64,000 bases of DNA, taken from an uncultured Thermoleophilia bacterium (GTDB lineage: Bacteria; Actinomycetota; Thermoleophilia; UBA2241). The notes below the pieces were generated by a model. It saw nothing but the letters and a program-made list of their open reading frames with translations. It had not been told where the DNA came from and made no database searches. Below, piece by piece: positions 20,557 through 29,171 of the stretch (position 1 is the stretch's first letter; the number at the start of each line of letters is the position of its first letter). The position numbers were made by a program, and so were the translations under genes. Location of the stretch: positions 3,871 to 67,870 of the forward strand of contig CAVPJG010000001.1 in the NCBI GenBank assembly GCA_963705205.1, in the 5' to 3' direction.

Positions 20557-20644
20557 TCAGTGAGCGGTGCATCTCCGGCGCACCGCTCGTTGACTTGGCT
20601 TCGCTGGTCATTGAGCGGTCCCCCTTCGACGGCCCGCTCGTTGA
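20557..20644. repeat. Pair of 37-bp palindromic elements (20557-20593, 20608-20644)
   Basis: TCAGTGAGCGG-N15-CCGCTCGTTGA and TCATTGAGCGG-N15-CCGCTCGTTGA in the glmU-prs intergenic region. Confidence 0.8.
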
Positions 20645-20658
20645 TCCGGTTACGTTTG

Positions 20659-22068
20659 TCAATCCTGCTCGCGCAGGCGGCGGGCGGCGCGGCGCCCAGC
20701 GTAGCCCTCGATGTTCTTCTGCTGCTCGCGCGCGACGCCGAGCGCTCCCGGTGGCACGTCGCGCGTGATGACCGAGCCGGCCGCCGTGAACGCGTCGTCG
20801 CCGATGGTGACCGGCGCCACGATCGTCGTGTCGCTGCCGGTGCGCACGCGGTCGCCGATGTACGTGGCGTGCTTCTCGTACCCGTCGTAGTTGGCGGTGA
20901 TGTTGCCCGCGGCGATGTTGCTGTCCACGCCGACGATGGCGTCGCCGACGTAGCTGAGGTGCGGCACCTTGCTGCGCTCGCCGATGCGGCTGTTCTTGAT
21001 CTCGACGAAGGTGCCGGCCTTGGCGCCCTCGGCCAGCACCGTGTTGGGCCGGATGTACGCGAACGGCCCCACGCTGCAGCCCGAGCTGATGACGCACTCG
21101 TACAGGTGGGAGGTGACGACGCGCGCGCGGTCGCCGACGAAGGCGTCGCGCAGGAAGCTCCCGGGGCCGACCTCGCTGGCCGCGCCGACGGTGGTGCGCC
21201 CGAGCAGGTGCGTGTTGGCGCGGATGAGCGTGTCGCGGCCGACCTCGACCCCGTAGTCCACGTAGGTCGTCTCGGGGTCCTCGACCGTGACCCCCGCCAG
21301 CATGAGCCGCTCGAGCAGGCGCCGGCGCATCGCCGCGTTGACGACGGCGAGTTCGACGCGCGAGTTGACGCCCATGCACATCTCCTCGTCGTCGCTCTCG
21401 AAGGTGGCGACCTTGAGCTCGGCGTCCAGCAGCAGGTGCACGGCGTCGGTGAGGTAGAGCTCGCCCTGGGCGTTGTCGCTGCCGAGGCGCGCCAGGGCCG
21501 GCCGCAGCGCGTCGCTGCGGAAGACGTACAGGCCGACGTTGATCTCGTCGATCTCGCGCTCCTCGCCGGTCGCGTCCTTGTACTCCACGACGCGCTGGAT
21601 GCCGCCGATCTCGTCGCGCACGATGCGGCCGTAGTGCGCCGGGTCGTCGAGGTCGACGGTGGTGAGCGTGGCGGCTGCGCGGGCGTCGAGGTGCCGCCGG
21701 TGGAGGCCGGCGACGAAGTCGCCGTCGACCAGCGGCACGTCGCCGTACAGCACCATGACGTCGCCCTCGAAGTCGTGCAGCGGCTCCAGACCGGCGCGGA
21801 CGGCGTCGCCGGTGCCGCGCCGCTCCTGCTGCACGGCGCGCTCGCAGCCGACCGGCAGGATCTCGGCGGTCGCCTCCTGGTCGGGGCCGGTGACGACGAC
21901 GATGCGCTCGGGCGAGACGCTGAGCGCCGCGTCGATCACGTACGAGAGCATGGGGCGTCCGCACACCTCGTGCAGGACCTTGGGGACCTCGGACTTCATG
22001 CGCGTGCCGAGGCCGGCCGCCAGGATCACGACGGCGAGCGGCGGGCGCTTGGTGTCTGCTGTGCTCAT
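20659..22068 (-). CDS. glmU: Bifunctional UDP-GlcNAc pyrophosphorylase / GlcN-1-P acetyltransferase
   Basis: VILAAGLGTRMKS, NAQGELYLTD, hexapeptide repeats, HLSYVGDA, ANYDG. Confidence 0.98.
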   Translation of the reverse strand: MSTADTKRPPLAVVILAAGLGTRMKSEVPKVLHEVCGRPMLSYVIDAALSVSPERIVVVTGPDQEATAEILPVGCERAVQQERRGTGDAVRAGLEPLHDFEGDVMVLYGDVPLVDGDFVAGLHRRHLDARAAATLTTVDLDDPAHYGRIVRDEIGGIQRVVEYKDATGEEREIDEINVGLYVFRSDALRPALARLGSDNAQGELYLTDAVHLLLDAELKVATFESDDEEMCMGVNSRVELAVVNAAMRRRLLERLMLAGVTVEDPETTYVDYGVEVGRDTLIRANTHLLGRTTVGAASEVGPGSFLRDAFVGDRARVVTSHLYECVISSGCSVGPFAYIRPNTVLAEGAKAGTFVEIKNSRIGERSKVPHLSYVGDAIVGVDSNIAAGNITANYDGYEKHATYIGDRVRTGSDTTIVAPVTIGDDAFTAAGSVITRDVPPGALGVAREQQKNIEGYAGRRAARRLREQD

Positions 22069-22128
22069 CTGGTTCACCTTGGGAATGTCGCCGGGGCAGG
22101 GCCTGCCGGCTCTCGCGTGGCGTGACAC

Positions 22129-22203
22129 TGGCTGGGGCGGGAGGATTCGAACCTCCGGATGCCGGGACCAAAACCCGGTGCCTTACCACTTGGCTACGCC
22201 CCA
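22129..22203 (-). tRNA. tRNA-Gln (anticodon TTG)
   Basis: TGGGGCGTAGCCAAGTGGTAAGGCACCGGG-TTTTGGT-CCCGGCATCCGGAGGTTCGAATCCTCCCGCCCCAGCCA. Confidence 0.97.
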
Positions 22204-22267
22204 GCGCCTGACGGCCGGGGCGCCGCGAGGCGGCCAGCCGCCCGCCGCGAAGCGGCAAGTTAATGTA

Positions 22268-23203
22268 TCACGCAGGCGGTTTGCCGCGCCCGCGCCTCGC
22301 GTCCGGCTTCGTGCGGCCCTCGGGCTGCAGGTCGGTCACATACCAGGCGCGGGCGGGCGCAGCCGCCTCCCGCGCCTTCAGCGCCTGGTCCTCGCCGGCG
22401 AAGACCCCGAAGCAGGCCGCGCCGCTACCGGTCATGGCGGCGGCGAGCGCTCCCGCCGAGCGCAGGCGCTCGATGAGCTCGCGCACCTTCTCCTTCCGCG
22501 CGATCACGCTCGCCTCGAGGTCGTTGGCGACGAGCGTCGCAACGTCCTTGGGCGTCGCCGCGGCCTGGACCGCGCCCGAGAGCAGCCTGGCTCGCGACGC
22601 GAACTCCTTGAGCGTCACCTCCGCGTCCTCGTCGCGCCAGCGGTACACCGCCGCGGTGCTGAGACCAAGGTCCGGCATGGCGACCACGAGGTGCAGGGCC
22701 GGCAGCTGCACCGCCTTCAGCACCTGACCGCGCCCCATCGCCAGCTGCGCGCCCGGCCAGAGGAAGAAGGGGACATCGCTGCCCACGGCCGCAGCGGCCT
22801 CGTAGCGCACCCGCAACGAGAGGTCGAGGTCGTACAGGCGCTCGAGCGCGATCAGAGTCGCGGCGGCGTCGGAGCTGCCGCCGCCGAGGCCGCCGCCGTG
22901 CGGCACGCGTTTGTCGATGGTCACGCGGACTTCGAACGAGCGGTCCAGCCGCCGCTCGAGCTCGCGCACCACCTTGGCGGCGAGGTTGTCGGCGCCGGGG
23001 GCGACGTCGCACACGACGTCGAGCCCGGCGCCCGGCGTCTTCTCCACCGTCACGCGATCGGCCAGCGACACCGGCAGCATGAGCGAGGCGATCTCGTGGA
23101 AGCCATCCGGCCGCACCGGCCCCACCAGCAGCGCCAGGTTCAGCTTGGCAGGCGCCACGATCTCAGCGCGGTCCGCCACGCGCGCTCCGCCGTCAGTCGT
23201 CAT
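22268..23203 (-). CDS. ispE: 4-diphosphocytidyl-2C-methyl-D-erythritol kinase
   Basis: APAKLNL, DGFHEI, KRVPHGGGLGGGSSDAA, GSDVPFF, MTGSG. Confidence 0.96.
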   Translation of the reverse strand: MTTDGGARVADRAEIVAPAKLNLALLVGPVRPDGFHEIASLMLPVSLADRVTVEKTPGAGLDVVCDVAPGADNLAAKVVRELERRLDRSFEVRVTIDKRVPHGGGLGGGSSDAAATLIALERLYDLDLSLRVRYEAAAAVGSDVPFFLWPGAQLAMGRGQVLKAVQLPALHLVVAMPDLGLSTAAVYRWRDEDAEVTLKEFASRARLLSGAVQAAATPKDVATLVANDLEASVIARKEKVRELIERLRSAGALAAAMTGSGAACFGVFAGEDQALKAREAAAPARAWYVTDLQPEGRTKPDARRGRGKPPA

Positions 23204-23257
23204 CGAGGCATCCTCCCGTCAGACTCGGTCTCGCGGACCGGATGCGACACACCGCCG

Positions 23258-24127
23258 TCACGCCCTGCCGACCGTGCGCGCGAACGTCAACCACTGCGGC
23301 GGCGCGAGCTCCTCCGGACGCGCCGCCTCGCTGAGACCCAGGTCTTGCAGGGCCGCGCGCACGTCGTCGCGGCTCAGCGTGATGCGCGCGTGAGCGGCGC
23401 CGCCGAGCGAGTTGACGAGCGTCTTGCGGCGCTGGCCGAACGCCAGGCGCACGAGGCGTGAGACGGCGGCGTATTCGTCGGAGCCGGGCGCCGCGGTGGC
23501 GTCCCGCGCGCCGGGATCGGCGTCGCCCGCGGCCTCGCGACGCACGAAGGTCACGAAGCTGGACTCCACGCGCGGGCGTGGCCGGAACGCGGAGGCGGGC
23601 ACCGGCCGCGCCTTCTCGAGCCGGCAGGCCAGCTGCGTGAGCACCGAGACCGCCGCGTAGGCCTTGGTGGAGGGCACGGCGAACAGCCGCTCGCCGAGCT
23701 CGCGCTGCACCATGACCGCCCAGCGCCGCACCGAGGGCAGCTCCGCGATGGTCGTCATGATCAGCGGAATGGCGATGTTGTAGGCGAGGTTGGCGACCAG
23801 CGCCGTGGGCGGAGGCTCGAGCGCGCCGAGGTCGGCCTTGAGCGCGTCGCCGGCGTGCACCACGAAGCGCGGCTCGGCGGCGGCGAGCTCCTCGAGCCGC
23901 GGCAGCCAGCGGCGGTCGATCTCGAACGCGTGCACGAAGCGGGCGCGCTCGAGCACCGGCCGCGTGAGAAGGCCGCCGGCGGCCCCGACCTCGAGCACCA
24001 CGTCGTCCGGGCTCACCCGCGCCTGGTCGACGATGGCGTGCAGCACGTTCTTGTCCACCAGGTGGTTCTGGCCGTAGCGCCGCAGCGCGTGCGGCCGCGG
24101 GGGGCGACTGCGGTCGCCCACGGGCAT
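23258..24127 (-). CDS. rsmA: 16S rRNA m6,2A dimethyltransferase
   Basis: YGQNHL, VLEVG, EID, VANLAYNI, MVQRE, FRPRPRVES, AFGQRRKTL. Confidence 0.95.
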   Translation of the reverse strand: MPVGDRSRPPRPHALRRYGQNHLVDKNVLHAIVDQARVSPDDVVLEVGAAGGLLTRPVLERARFVHAFEIDRRWLPRLEELAAAEPRFVVHAGDALKADLGALEPPPTALVANLAYNIAIPLIMTTIAELPSVRRWAVMVQRELGERLFAVPSTKAYAAVSVLTQLACRLEKARPVPASAFRPRPRVESSFVTFVRREAAGDADPGARDATAAPGSDEYAAVSRLVRLAFGQRRKTLVNSLGGAAHARITLSRDDVRAALQDLGLSEAARPEELAPPQWLTFARTVGRA

Positions 24128-24891
24128 CAGTCCGCCTCCGCGAGCCCGAAGACGCGGCGCGCGTTGGCCGTGGTGAGCGCGGCGAGGTCGTCGACGGGCA
24201 CGCCCCGCACCTCGGCAACCAGCGCCGCCGTATGCGCGACCCACGCCGGCACGTTGCTGTTGCCGCGGTTCGGCACCGGCGCCAGGAACGGCGCGTCCGT
24301 CTCCACGAGCAACCTGTCGTCCCGCACCTTCGCGGCCGCCGCGCGCAGCTCGGCGGCGTTCTTGTAGGTGACGTTGCCGGCGAAGCTCGCGTAGTAGCTG
24401 CGCTCGTTGCACTCGTCCACGTACCGCGGCAGCGAGTAGCAGTGCATGACCACCGTGAGGTCGCCCGCCTCAGCGGCCAGCTGCGCCATCGCCTCGTCGC
24501 CGGCCTCGCGCACGTGGACCACCAGCGGCAGCCCCACGCGCCGCGCGAGCGCGATCTGGGCGCTGAACGCGGCGCGCTGCGCCTCACGCGGAGAGAGGTC
24601 GCGGTAGAAGTCCAGGCCGACCTCGCCGACGGCGACGACGCGCGGGCTCCGGGCGAGCTCCTCGAGCTCGCCGAGGTACCCCTCGTCCAGCAGGTGCGCG
24701 TCGTGCGGGTGCAGACCCACCGTGGCGTAGACCCCCGGCTCGCGGCCGGCCAGCTCTATCGCCTGCCGCGAGCTCGCCAGGTCGATGCCGATGGTGACCA
24801 TCTGCTCGACGCCCGCGGCGCGCGCCTCCCGCACGGCGGCCGCCGTGTCGGCGATCATCTCGAGGTGGCAGTGCGTGTCGACGAGGCTCAT
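24127..24891 (-). CDS. tatD: TatD family hydrolase
   Basis: VDTHCHL, GLHPH, VGEVGLDF, HVREA, HCYS, ETDAPFLAP. Confidence 0.95.
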   Translation of the reverse strand: MSLVDTHCHLEMIADTAAAVREARAAGVEQMVTIGIDLASSRQAIELAGREPGVYATVGLHPHDAHLLDEGYLGELEELARSPRVVAVGEVGLDFYRDLSPREAQRAAFSAQIALARRVGLPLVVHVREAGDEAMAQLAAEAGDLTVVMHCYSLPRYVDECNERSYYASFAGNVTYKNAAELRAAAAKVRDDRLLVETDAPFLAPVPNRGNSNVPAWVAHTAALVAEVRGVPVDDLAALTTANARRVFGLAEAD

Positions 24892-24938
24892 GCGCGAGTG
24901 TCCGGCGCCGGGGCGGACCGTGCGGTCACGCCGGCGCC

Positions 24939-26468
24939 TCAGCCGGCGGTCTCGAGCCGCGGGAACAGCGGCGGGCCGGCGACCACAGTCGCGGGCGTCA
25001 GCGCGCTCCAGGAGGCCTTCTCGAGCAGGAGGTCGGCGTCGCCGCATGCCTGTCCGAGCCGCATGAGCACCTCCACCGCCGTCACCGGGATGACCGGATA
25101 CACGGCCAGCGCCACCAGGCGCAGCCCGGCCGCCAGCCCGTTGAGCACGGCGTCGAGGCGGCCGGCGAGGGCCTCGTCCTTGGCGAGCTTCCACGGCGCC
25201 TCTTCTTCCACCAGCCGGTTGAGGCGCCGCACGTACTCCCACACGGTGTCGAGCGCGGCGGTGACGTTGAGTTCGGCGTACTGCTCCGCGCTCCGGGCCA
25301 CCATGGCCTCGCCCTCGGCGGCTACCGCCGCCAAAGTCTCACCCTCAGGTCCAGCCTTAGGGATGACCCCGTCACGGTACTTGCCGATCATGCTCGCCGT
25401 GCGGCTGAGCAGGTTGCCCAACTCGTTGGCGAGCTCGTTGTTGTAGCGCGCGCGCAGGCCCTCGAGGCTCACGTCACCATCCTGCCCGAGCGTGACCTCG
25501 CGCATGAGGTAGTAGCGCAGTGGCTCGGCGCCGATCTCCTCGATGACCGCGAACGGGTCCAGCGTGTTGCCGCGGGTCTTGCTCATCTTCTCACCGGCCA
25601 CAAGGAGGTAGCCGTGGATGAGCTCGCCCGTCGGCAGGCCGTAGCCGGCGCTCATGAGCAGGGCCGGCCAGATGACGGCGTGGAACTTGAGGATGTCCTT
25701 GGCGAGAAAGTGGAACGCCGGCCAGTAGCGCGCGGTGAGGTCCTCCCCGGGGCGCGCGTAGGTGAGCGCCGAGAGGTAGTTGATGAGCGCGTCGACCCAG
25801 ACGTAGATGACCTGGTCCTGGTCCCACGGCACGGGGATGCCCCAGGTGATGCTCGAGCGGCTGATGCTGATGTCCTCGAGGCCCTGCTCGATGAACGACA
25901 GCGCCTCGTTGTAGCGCGAGCGCGGCCTGACGAAGCCCGGGTTGGCGCGGAAGAACTCGGCCAGCCGGTCCTGGTACCTGCTGAGCAGGAAGTAGTAGTT
26001 CTCCTCCTCCAGCCACACCGGCTTGATGCCGTGCTGCGGGCACATCCCCTCGGGGGTGAGGTCGCGCTCGTACCAGAAACCCTCGCAGGCGGTGCAATAC
26101 AGGCCGCCATAGGTGCGCTTCTCGATGTCGCCGGCGGCCTGCAGCTTCTCCACGAACCCCTGCACGAACGCCTCGTGCTCCGGGTCGGTGGTGCGGATGA
26201 AGAAGTCGTTGGACGCGCCCACCGCCGCCGCGAGCGCGCGGTACTTGGGCGCCATGACGTCCACATGCTCCTGCGGCGTGAGCCCGCGCTCCTCGGCCGC
26301 CTGGGCGATCTTCGTGCCGTGCTCGTCGACGCCGGTGAGGAAGAACACGTCCTCGCCGCGCTGGCGGTGGTGACGCGCCAGCACGTCCGCGGCGATGGTG
26401 GTGTAGGCGTGCCCGTGGTGAGGCTCGCTGTTCACGTAGTAGATGGGAGTGGTGATGTAGGTGCTCAC
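24939..26468 (-). CDS. metG: Methionyl-tRNA synthetase (short form, no C-terminal tRNA-binding domain)
   Basis: YITTPIYYVN, HHGH, GVDEHG, YVWVDALINY, KDILKFH, KMSKT, ELGNLLSR. Confidence 0.97.
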   Translation of the reverse strand: MSTYITTPIYYVNSEPHHGHAYTTIAADVLARHHRQRGEDVFFLTGVDEHGTKIAQAAEERGLTPQEHVDVMAPKYRALAAAVGASNDFFIRTTDPEHEAFVQGFVEKLQAAGDIEKRTYGGLYCTACEGFWYERDLTPEGMCPQHGIKPVWLEEENYYFLLSRYQDRLAEFFRANPGFVRPRSRYNEALSFIEQGLEDISISRSSITWGIPVPWDQDQVIYVWVDALINYLSALTYARPGEDLTARYWPAFHFLAKDILKFHAVIWPALLMSAGYGLPTGELIHGYLLVAGEKMSKTRGNTLDPFAVIEEIGAEPLRYYLMREVTLGQDGDVSLEGLRARYNNELANELGNLLSRTASMIGKYRDGVIPKAGPEGETLAAVAAEGEAMVARSAEQYAELNVTAALDTVWEYVRRLNRLVEEEAPWKLAKDEALAGRLDAVLNGLAAGLRLVALAVYPVIPVTAVEVLMRLGQACGDADLLLEKASWSALTPATVVAGPPLFPRLETAG

Positions 26469-26478
26469 AGACAGTACT

Positions 26479-27051
26479 CTAGCGTCTTCCCGTGGCCTTC
26501 GCGGCCGCGCCGTAGGACCCGATCTGCTCGCCCAGCGACCAGTACTGGCCCTCGACGTAGGCGATGGGCGTCAGCTTCTTCGTCTGCACGCGCCCGCGTG
26601 CGTCGAGGACGTCCTCGTCGTACTGCACGGCGACGATCTCGGCGATGTACAGGTCGTGCGCGCCGAGCTCCAGCTGGTGTCTGACGACGCACTCGATGTT
26701 GACGGGGCACTCCTCGATGAGCGGCGCCGCGACGCGGCTGGCCGGCGTGGCGGTGAGGCCGAGCTCCTCGAACTTGTCGTGCTCGGCCCCCGACCACACG
26801 CCGGCCAGGTCGACCTGCTGGAGCTGCCCGGCGCGGGGCACGTTGACGACGAACTCGCGCGCCGCGTTCACCAGACGGTGCGAGTGCCGCGATGGGCGGA
26901 TGGCGACGCTCAGCATGGGCGGAGCGGAGCACACCGTGCCCACCCACGCGAGCGTGATGATGTTGGGCTTCTCCTTGCCGTGGCCGGCGACGCTCAACAG
27001 CACGACCGGCGTCGGGAGCAGCGCGGTCGACGGCTTACGCTCGATCTTCAT
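26479..27051 (-). CDS. Flavin reductase / flavoredoxin family protein
   Basis: PTPVVLL, PNIITLAW, EFVVNVP, APLIEECPVNIEC, LGAHDLYIAEI. Confidence 0.9.
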   Translation of the reverse strand: MKIERKPSTALLPTPVVLLSVAGHGKEKPNIITLAWVGTVCSAPPMLSVAIRPSRHSHRLVNAAREFVVNVPRAGQLQQVDLAGVWSGAEHDKFEELGLTATPASRVAAPLIEECPVNIECVVRHQLELGAHDLYIAEIVAVQYDEDVLDARGRVQTKKLTPIAYVEGQYWSLGEQIGSYGAAAKATGRR

Positions 27052-27167
27052 CACAAGCCTCCCTTGGGTCCGGTCGTAATGGTACCCCAAGCGTGGAATC
27101 GCAACGTCTCTGGCGCCGGAATCACGACATTCGTAGAATGGGGTGGCCGAATGAGCACCGAAGCGAC

Positions 27168-27250
27168 TCATCGAGCGGGGCGCCGGAGGTGCACTGCTCA
27201 ATGAGGCCCAGGTTCATGGAGCGAGGCGCCGGAGGTGCACCGCTCAAAGG
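27168..27250. repeat. Second pair of the 37-bp palindromic element (27168-27204, 27214-27250)
   Basis: TCATCGAGCGG-GGCGCCGGAGGTGCA-CTGCTCAATGA and TCATGGAGCGA-GGCGCCGGAGGTGCA-CCGCTCAAAGG. Confidence 0.8.
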
Positions 27251-27256
27251 AGCCCC

Positions 27257-27730
27257 ATGCGCAGACAGTCCCTGGACAAGACCGACATCGCCATCATCGG
27301 GCACCTGCAGAGCGACGGGCGGCGCCCGTTCACGGCCATCGCCAAGGACCTGGGCATCTCCGAGGCCAGCGTCCGCCAGCGGGTGGCCCGGCTGCTGCGC
27401 ACCAACGTCATCCAGATCGTCGCCGTCAGCAGCCCGCTGGACCTGGGGCTGATGTGGGCGCAGATCCACCTGCGCGTCAGGGGCGACCGCATCGAGGCCG
27501 TGGCCGCGGCGGTCGCCGAGCTCGCGCAGGTGGACTACGTCAGCATCTGCGCCGGCGACTTCGACATCATCGTGGGCTTGGTCGCCCACGACCGCGAGGA
27601 GCTCCTCGACGTCCTCGTCAACCACATCCGCACCATCCCCGGCATCGAGCAGGCCGACTTCGTCCTCAACCTCAAGATCCTCAAGGACAACTACGAGTGG
27701 TCGCCGGGCGAGCCCCCGGCGACGGTATAG
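27257..27730 (+). CDS. Lrp/AsnC family transcriptional regulator
   Basis: LDKTD..II..LQ.DGRRPF..IAK.LGISEASVRQRV HTH plus a RAM domain. Confidence 0.94.
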   Translation: MRRQSLDKTDIAIIGHLQSDGRRPFTAIAKDLGISEASVRQRVARLLRTNVIQIVAVSSPLDLGLMWAQIHLRVRGDRIEAVAAAVAELAQVDYVSICAGDFDIIVGLVAHDREELLDVLVNHIRTIPGIEQADFVLNLKILKDNYEWSPGEPPATV

Positions 27731-27743
27731 GGAGGCGAGAGCC

Positions 27744-29129
27744 ATGGGCGATCAGACGCGCCCGCACGTGCACACCCCACCCCCCGGCCCGAAGAGCCAG
27801 GCGCTCATGAAGCGGGGTGAGGACATCATGCTGGGCGTGTCGCTCATCGGAGCCTGGCCGCCGAGCCACTTCGTCTCCCGCTACCGGGACGGCTGGTTCC
27901 TCGAGGACGTGGACGGCAACCGCTACATCGACTGGCTGGCCGGGTGGGCGTCGTCTCCCCTGGGCGGCAACCACCCCGAGCTCGTCGAGGCGGCCCACGG
28001 GGCGCTCAAGGAGTACGGCACCGAGTGCCTCTCTTCGCTCACCACCTGGCATCAGTACCAGCTCGCCGAGAAGCTGGTCGAGATCGCGCCCAAGCCGCTC
28101 TGCAAGGTGGTGTACGACACCACCGGCAGCGAGGTCGTGGAGAACGCGGTGCGTATCATGCGTGAGGCCGCCGGCCCCGGCCGTCCCTTCGTCATCACGT
28201 TCCTGGGCAGCTTCCACGGCGGCAACTACGGCACCGGCGCCATGGGACCGCACAACGCCCACTACAACCACGGCATCGAGCCGTTCATGAGCGGCTGGGT
28301 CAACGTCCCCTTCCCGACCTGCTACCGCTGCCCATACCACCTCGACTACCCCGCCTGCGACATCGCCTGCCTCGACTACATCGAGGAGATGATCCTGCGC
28401 TACAAGGCGACGCCCGACAGCATCGCCGGCGTCAACGTGGAGTTCATCCAGGGCGAGAACGGCATCCAGATCCCGCCGCCGGAGTGGCCGGGGCGACTGT
28501 CTGCCCTCTGCAAGAAGTACGGCTGGATCCTCTACAACGACGAGGTCCAGGAGGGCATGGGGCGCTGCGGCGAGTGGTTCCTCATCGACGCCTATCCGGA
28601 CGTGGAGGTGGAGCTGCTCTCGCTGGGCAAGGGCACCTCGGGCGGCCTCATCCCCATCTGCTACACCCTGGGCTCGGCCCGCATGAGCGAGCCGGCCGGC
28701 GAGCTCTATACGGGAGGCACCTTCGCCGGCTCCCCGGTCGGCTGCGCCGTGGGCATCAAGCTCATCGAGATCATCAGGCGCGACAACGTGCTGGACAACG
28801 TCAAGGAGATCGAGCGCATCGCCAAGGCGAAGTTCGGGGCGATGCGGGACAAGTACGAGATCGTCGGCGACGTCCGTATCAAGGGCTGCTACCAGTGCGT
28901 CGAGTTCGTGGAAGACAAGGACTCCAAGACGCCGGCCCACGACCTCACCCGTGAGGTCGTCTACGCCATGGAGCGGCGCGGGGTCATCCCCATCTACGAG
29001 CCGGCGTTCAACTGGTTCCGGCCCACGCCGGCGCTCAACATGCCGCCTGAGCTGTTCGCGCTCGGCTGCGACATCGTGGAAGAATGCGTCGCCGAGGTGA
29101 GCAAGGAGCACGCCAAGGGCATCAAGTGA
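27744..29129 (+). CDS. Class III PLP-dependent aminotransferase (GabT/putrescine aminotransferase-like)
   Basis: DVDGNRYID, TGSEVVENA, SFHG, EFIQGENG, DEVQEGMGRCG, LGKGTSGG, GGTFAG. Confidence 0.92.
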   Translation: MGDQTRPHVHTPPPGPKSQALMKRGEDIMLGVSLIGAWPPSHFVSRYRDGWFLEDVDGNRYIDWLAGWASSPLGGNHPELVEAAHGALKEYGTECLSSLTTWHQYQLAEKLVEIAPKPLCKVVYDTTGSEVVENAVRIMREAAGPGRPFVITFLGSFHGGNYGTGAMGPHNAHYNHGIEPFMSGWVNVPFPTCYRCPYHLDYPACDIACLDYIEEMILRYKATPDSIAGVNVEFIQGENGIQIPPPEWPGRLSALCKKYGWILYNDEVQEGMGRCGEWFLIDAYPDVEVELLSLGKGTSGGLIPICYTLGSARMSEPAGELYTGGTFAGSPVGCAVGIKLIEIIRRDNVLDNVKEIERIAKAKFGAMRDKYEIVGDVRIKGCYQCVEFVEDKDSKTPAHDLTREVVYAMERRGVIPIYEPAFNWFRPTPALNMPPELFALGCDIVEECVAEVSKEHAKGIK

Positions 29130-29171
29130 CCCGTTCGGCGCCCGCGGCGCCGCGGCGAAGGAGACGAGCCG

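Noticed and set aside
20557-27250. 37-bp palindromes read as CRISPR repeats
   Set aside because: Only two per site, gaps of 9 and 14 bp, variable centres, no cas genes; kept as a REP-like family instead.
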